From: Protoeuglena noctilucae
Lineage: Eukaryota
Assembly: GCA_958009085.1 (NCBI GenBank)
Contig: OY253680.1
Location: 806,001 to 870,000 of the forward strand
Reading direction: 5' to 3'
Length of the DNA stretch: 64,000 nucleotides
The notes beneath the pieces were generated by a model. The model had not been told where the DNA came from and ran no database searches. It was given only the letters and a program-made list of their open reading frames with translations. The translations under genes and the position numbers were made by a program. Positions 60,573 to 64,000 of this stretch are shown piece by piece. Each line of letters opens with the position of its first letter. The first letter of the stretch is position 1.

Positions 60573-63500
60573 TCAGTTGGCGACCCACACGGCCCAGTCC
60601 TTCCCCGCCGCTGCCTTCTGGAACTTGTTCCTGTCAGGGTGCCAGTTGCCCGGCCCGATCTTCATGGCCACGCGCCCGTCCACGATGGCCGCGTAGCAGC
60701 TGTGGTTGGCCTCAGCTATCTCGAGAGAGGAGCGGCAGTGGATGTGGTTGTCGCGGCGGATCTGGGGGGAAGGGAGGGAGGTACAGGCGATGTGGGCGAC
60801 AGAGACGAATGGGTCGGGCTGATGTGGTGGGGGCAAGTGAGGCAGCACTGCCCGCCCCCGCATTGGTCCTTGCCATGCCCCAGCACTGCTCAACCCCCGC
60901 ATTGGTCCTTGCCTTGAGCAGCTGCTCGATGGCCTCGCGGCACTGCATGTGGAGGTGGTCGTAGAAGACGCAGGGGGTGCTCGGGTGAGTCAAAATGTAG
61001 CAGTAGCCCTGCTCAACGCCATTGTCAGGGAAGCGCCAGTGGCCCTGGCTGCTGCCTGCGGGCGGGCGAGGGGTGAGTGGGAGGGGGTTTGGATGGGCCA
61101 AGGGTTGCAGCGAGGGCGGGGTGGGGGCGTTCTAGTAACCACAGTAGATATGGAATGGCCCATCGTTCACCACACCCAAATCGTAACCACACCCACTACC
61201 CCCAATACCACCACACCACCACTCCCCATCCCCCTCACCCGTGTCGTGGTTCTCGAGGAAGGTGACGGCGCGCGAGGGCCACCACCCCAGTAACCCCGGG
61301 GCCCTCCCCTGCCCGTCCCGGAGGCGCCAGTACTCCCCCCGCTCGAACACGGCGTGCAGGATGCCCTTGGTGGTCATGTCGAACGCCGCGCTGAGGGACG
61401 CGGTGGCGTCGATCCAGTTCACGATGCGCTGGCGGTGGCCGTCCTGGTTGTGCTGCGGCACGGGGCCCTCGTAGGCCAGCGCGTCCCAGTACTCGCCCAC
61501 CGTGAAGTACGGCTTGCTGGCCTCGATGTAGGTCTTGACGAAGCGGCCGTCGATGCCGCGCACGAAGTCGAGGCGGAAGCCGTCGAATCCCACGGCTGTG
61601 CGCAGCCACACGAACCAGTCGCTCAGGTCGCGCTGGACGAAGTCCTGGGGGCAGAGGGGTGGGGTTGGGGTGTGGTGAGATGGGTGAGGGAGGTGGGGCG
61701 AGACAGGTGGGTGGGTTGGGTGAGACGGGTGGGGTGGGCGAGCGCAGCGAGGGCGGCTCGCTTGGCATGTGCTCCACACCCACGCAGTACAGGATGACTG
61801 CCCCGCACTCATCACAGCTGCTCGCCTGGGAGTGGTCGATGTTGGGCGCCCCCGACCATATCTGCTGGTTCTTGTGCCGCCCACGCCCGCGGTAGCTGGG
61901 GTCGTTGCCCACGATGGCCCGCTGGTCCCACGCCAACTTGCCCTGGGGTGAAGGGGAGTGGGGGGAGACATGTGAGGGGGGGGTAGACATGAAGGGGTGC
62001 ACGTGTGAGGTGTTTTGTTCTGAAGACGTATGGGGAAGGTGGTGATGGCGACGCAAGGATGGGTGGCATTGGTACCGACACTGCCACCCCACTCGCTGCC
62101 CACCCATCCACCCCGTCCCTCCTTCCACCCCCCACTCTGCCCATCTCATAATACCCCTCACCCCGAACTTGTTCCACACTCCGTTCTCGTCCTGGAAGTG
62201 GGCGCACCGGTGGTTGATCACCGCATCCCCGATGGCCTTGATGCCATGGTCGTGCATCGTCCTGTAAGAGAGGGAGATGGGGATGTGTGGTGAGATGCTG
62301 AGATGGGGATTTGGTGAGTCGCGGAATGGTACGGTATGGCTAGGGTAGCTGCTGTGGCACAGAGGGCACTGAGAGGGTACCCAGAGGGCAGCGGCGCAGC
62401 GAACATGTGGATATGGGACGCCCCACCACCCCCGCTCATGCACACTCCCACACTCGCACCACCCCTGCTCATGATCAGTAACACCACCCCTCTGCACTAC
62501 TCCACTCACTCGATGAGTTCCTTCAGCTCCTCCATCGACCCGTACTTGCTGTTGAGGTCGTACAGGTCACGGGGCATGTACCCCTCGGGGGACACCGAGT
62601 CCGTGAAGGGGGGGAGCCACATGAGGGAGAAACCCAGGCGCTGGAGCTCGGGGACCTGGGGGACGAGAGGTGAGGGGTGGGGGTGAGGCACGGGTGAGGG
62701 TTGCATGTGTGGTGAGGGTGACAGTGGGGAGGGTGGGTGACGGCGGAGGCGGAACACGTTTTTTACAGTAAAAAAGCACAGGGCGGGGATCCATGCAAGC
62801 ACCGCACACCCATCACTCGCACCACCCGCGCCCTGTTATCTACCTCCCCCACCCCCGTCCCGCACCCCCCGCCCCGCCCCTCGCCTGCGCGGCCAGCTTG
62901 CGGTAGTGTCCCTTCTTCCAGCTCTCCCAGTTGAACCCCTGCAGCATGATCTCGCGGCCGTTGCCCGTGGCAGGGTGAACGTCGGAGGCCACCTCGGGCA
63001 CCACGCTGAAGGGGGCTGCCTCGCGGCCCAGGGCGGGGTCATCCAGGGCGGAGCGGCCCGCGATGCCGCCGGGGAGCCACGTGGGGGGCTTGGGGAGGCA
63101 CAGGGGGCTACTGCGGGGGTGGGAGGGGTGGGGTGGGGTGGTTCAGGTGACGAGGTGCCTGGCTGGGTGAGGAGGTGCTAAGGGAGGTGGGCACGTGAAA
63201 AGGGTGTGTGAAGAGAAGGCAAAGGGACAGCGGAGGTGCTGGGAACAGTGCCATGGTCGGCGACACGCTCGCACCCCGCCCGCACCTCCACCCCGGCCCC
63301 GACACTGCATCGAACCCCACCGGCATCTCCACCCCTATTTGGCAGCCCCTCCTCACCCCTTGAGCAGCTCGAGGTTGTCGACGACCTTCTCGGCCCGGGC
63401 CCCCCGCTCCTCCAGGGCCGCCATCGTCGCCTCGGCCTCCTCCATCTGACGTAAGAACCCCTGAATGTCAGACTCTGCGTCCTCCACGCGCTGCGCCGTG

Positions 63501-64000
63501 GCCTCGGCCGCCTGGGCGCCGAAGTGCACCGCCTCGAGGCCGCAGCGGGACGTGCGCAGGAGCAGCATCTGCCCCGACGGACCCCGCGCCTCGACCCACA
63601 GCGGCGCTCCTGCGCGGTGGGCCTGCCACCTGCGACGAGGAGGGCGGGGGTGAGAGGGTGAGGTGGGCAAGGGTGAGCGGGAGTGCATGGGGGTGAGCTG
63701 GGGCCGAGCTCCCACCCCTGCCCCTCACCTCTCCTCCTCCCAGTCAACGCGACTCTTCCCACGTCCCTGCCGCTCCCCGTCCCCGCCGCCCGTTGAATCC
63801 GAAGCCTTGCCGGCGTCCCTCGCCCCGCTCTGCCCGAAGGCCCACCCCCATGCGCTCCCGTTCCCGTTGCCCTTACCCTCGGCGTGGCCGTTCGCACGCC
63901 CCTGCTCCTTTGTGGGACCCTCCGCCTCCTCGCCCTCCTTCTCGCGCACGCCCGCGCGCCCGTTGGAGTGACCGTTCGAGTGACCGTTGGAGTGGCCGTT
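60573..64000 (-). CDS. Plant-type alpha-amylase (GH13); 5' end lies beyond the window
   Basis: EIMLQGFNWES, WLPPFTDSVSPEGYMPRDLYDLNSKYG, DAVINHR, and catalytic GFRLDFVRG / VGEYW / FLENHDTG, plus the C-terminal beta-sheet domain. Confidence 0.93.
63959..64000 (-). repeat. 12-bp coding tandem repeat (NGHS)n in the amylase N-terminal region
   Basis: ccgttggagtga ccgttcgagtga ccgttggagtgg ccgtt. Confidence 0.7.

Overview
This is not prokaryotic DNA. It is a very GC-rich, gene-dense, intron-rich nuclear region of a photosynthetic eukaryote of the green lineage, most likely a chlorophyte alga (it carries PsaD, plastid aldolase, Staygreen, PLATZ and a plant-type alpha-amylase). The ORF track shows only exon fragments, so I rebuilt about 23 spliced genes by hand. 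In order: SGR-like Mg-dechelatase, COG8, His-phosphatase, flavin oxidoreductase-CS fusion, PfkB kinase, phosducin-like PLP3, mitochondrial ATP synthase delta', F-box/ankyrin, fasciclin, WD40/coiled-coil, PsaD, Exo84/Vps51-like, SSXT/GIF, Rab11, PLATZ, Rad9, NEK kinase, a hypothetical protein, DRG2, proline iminopeptidase, TGS1, aldolase and a truncated alpha-amylase. I found no RNA genes, CRISPR arrays or recognisable transposons. The most unusual signals concern splicing: at least 17 GC-AG introns, five independent tandem duplications centred on exon/intron junctions, and introns with G-rich 5' halves and C-rich 3' halves. Other oddities are an oxidoreductase-CS domain fusion, an expanded Staygreen protein and a nearly intronless F-box/ankyrin gene with a frame break. 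Gene spans include introns, and some start codons are inferred.
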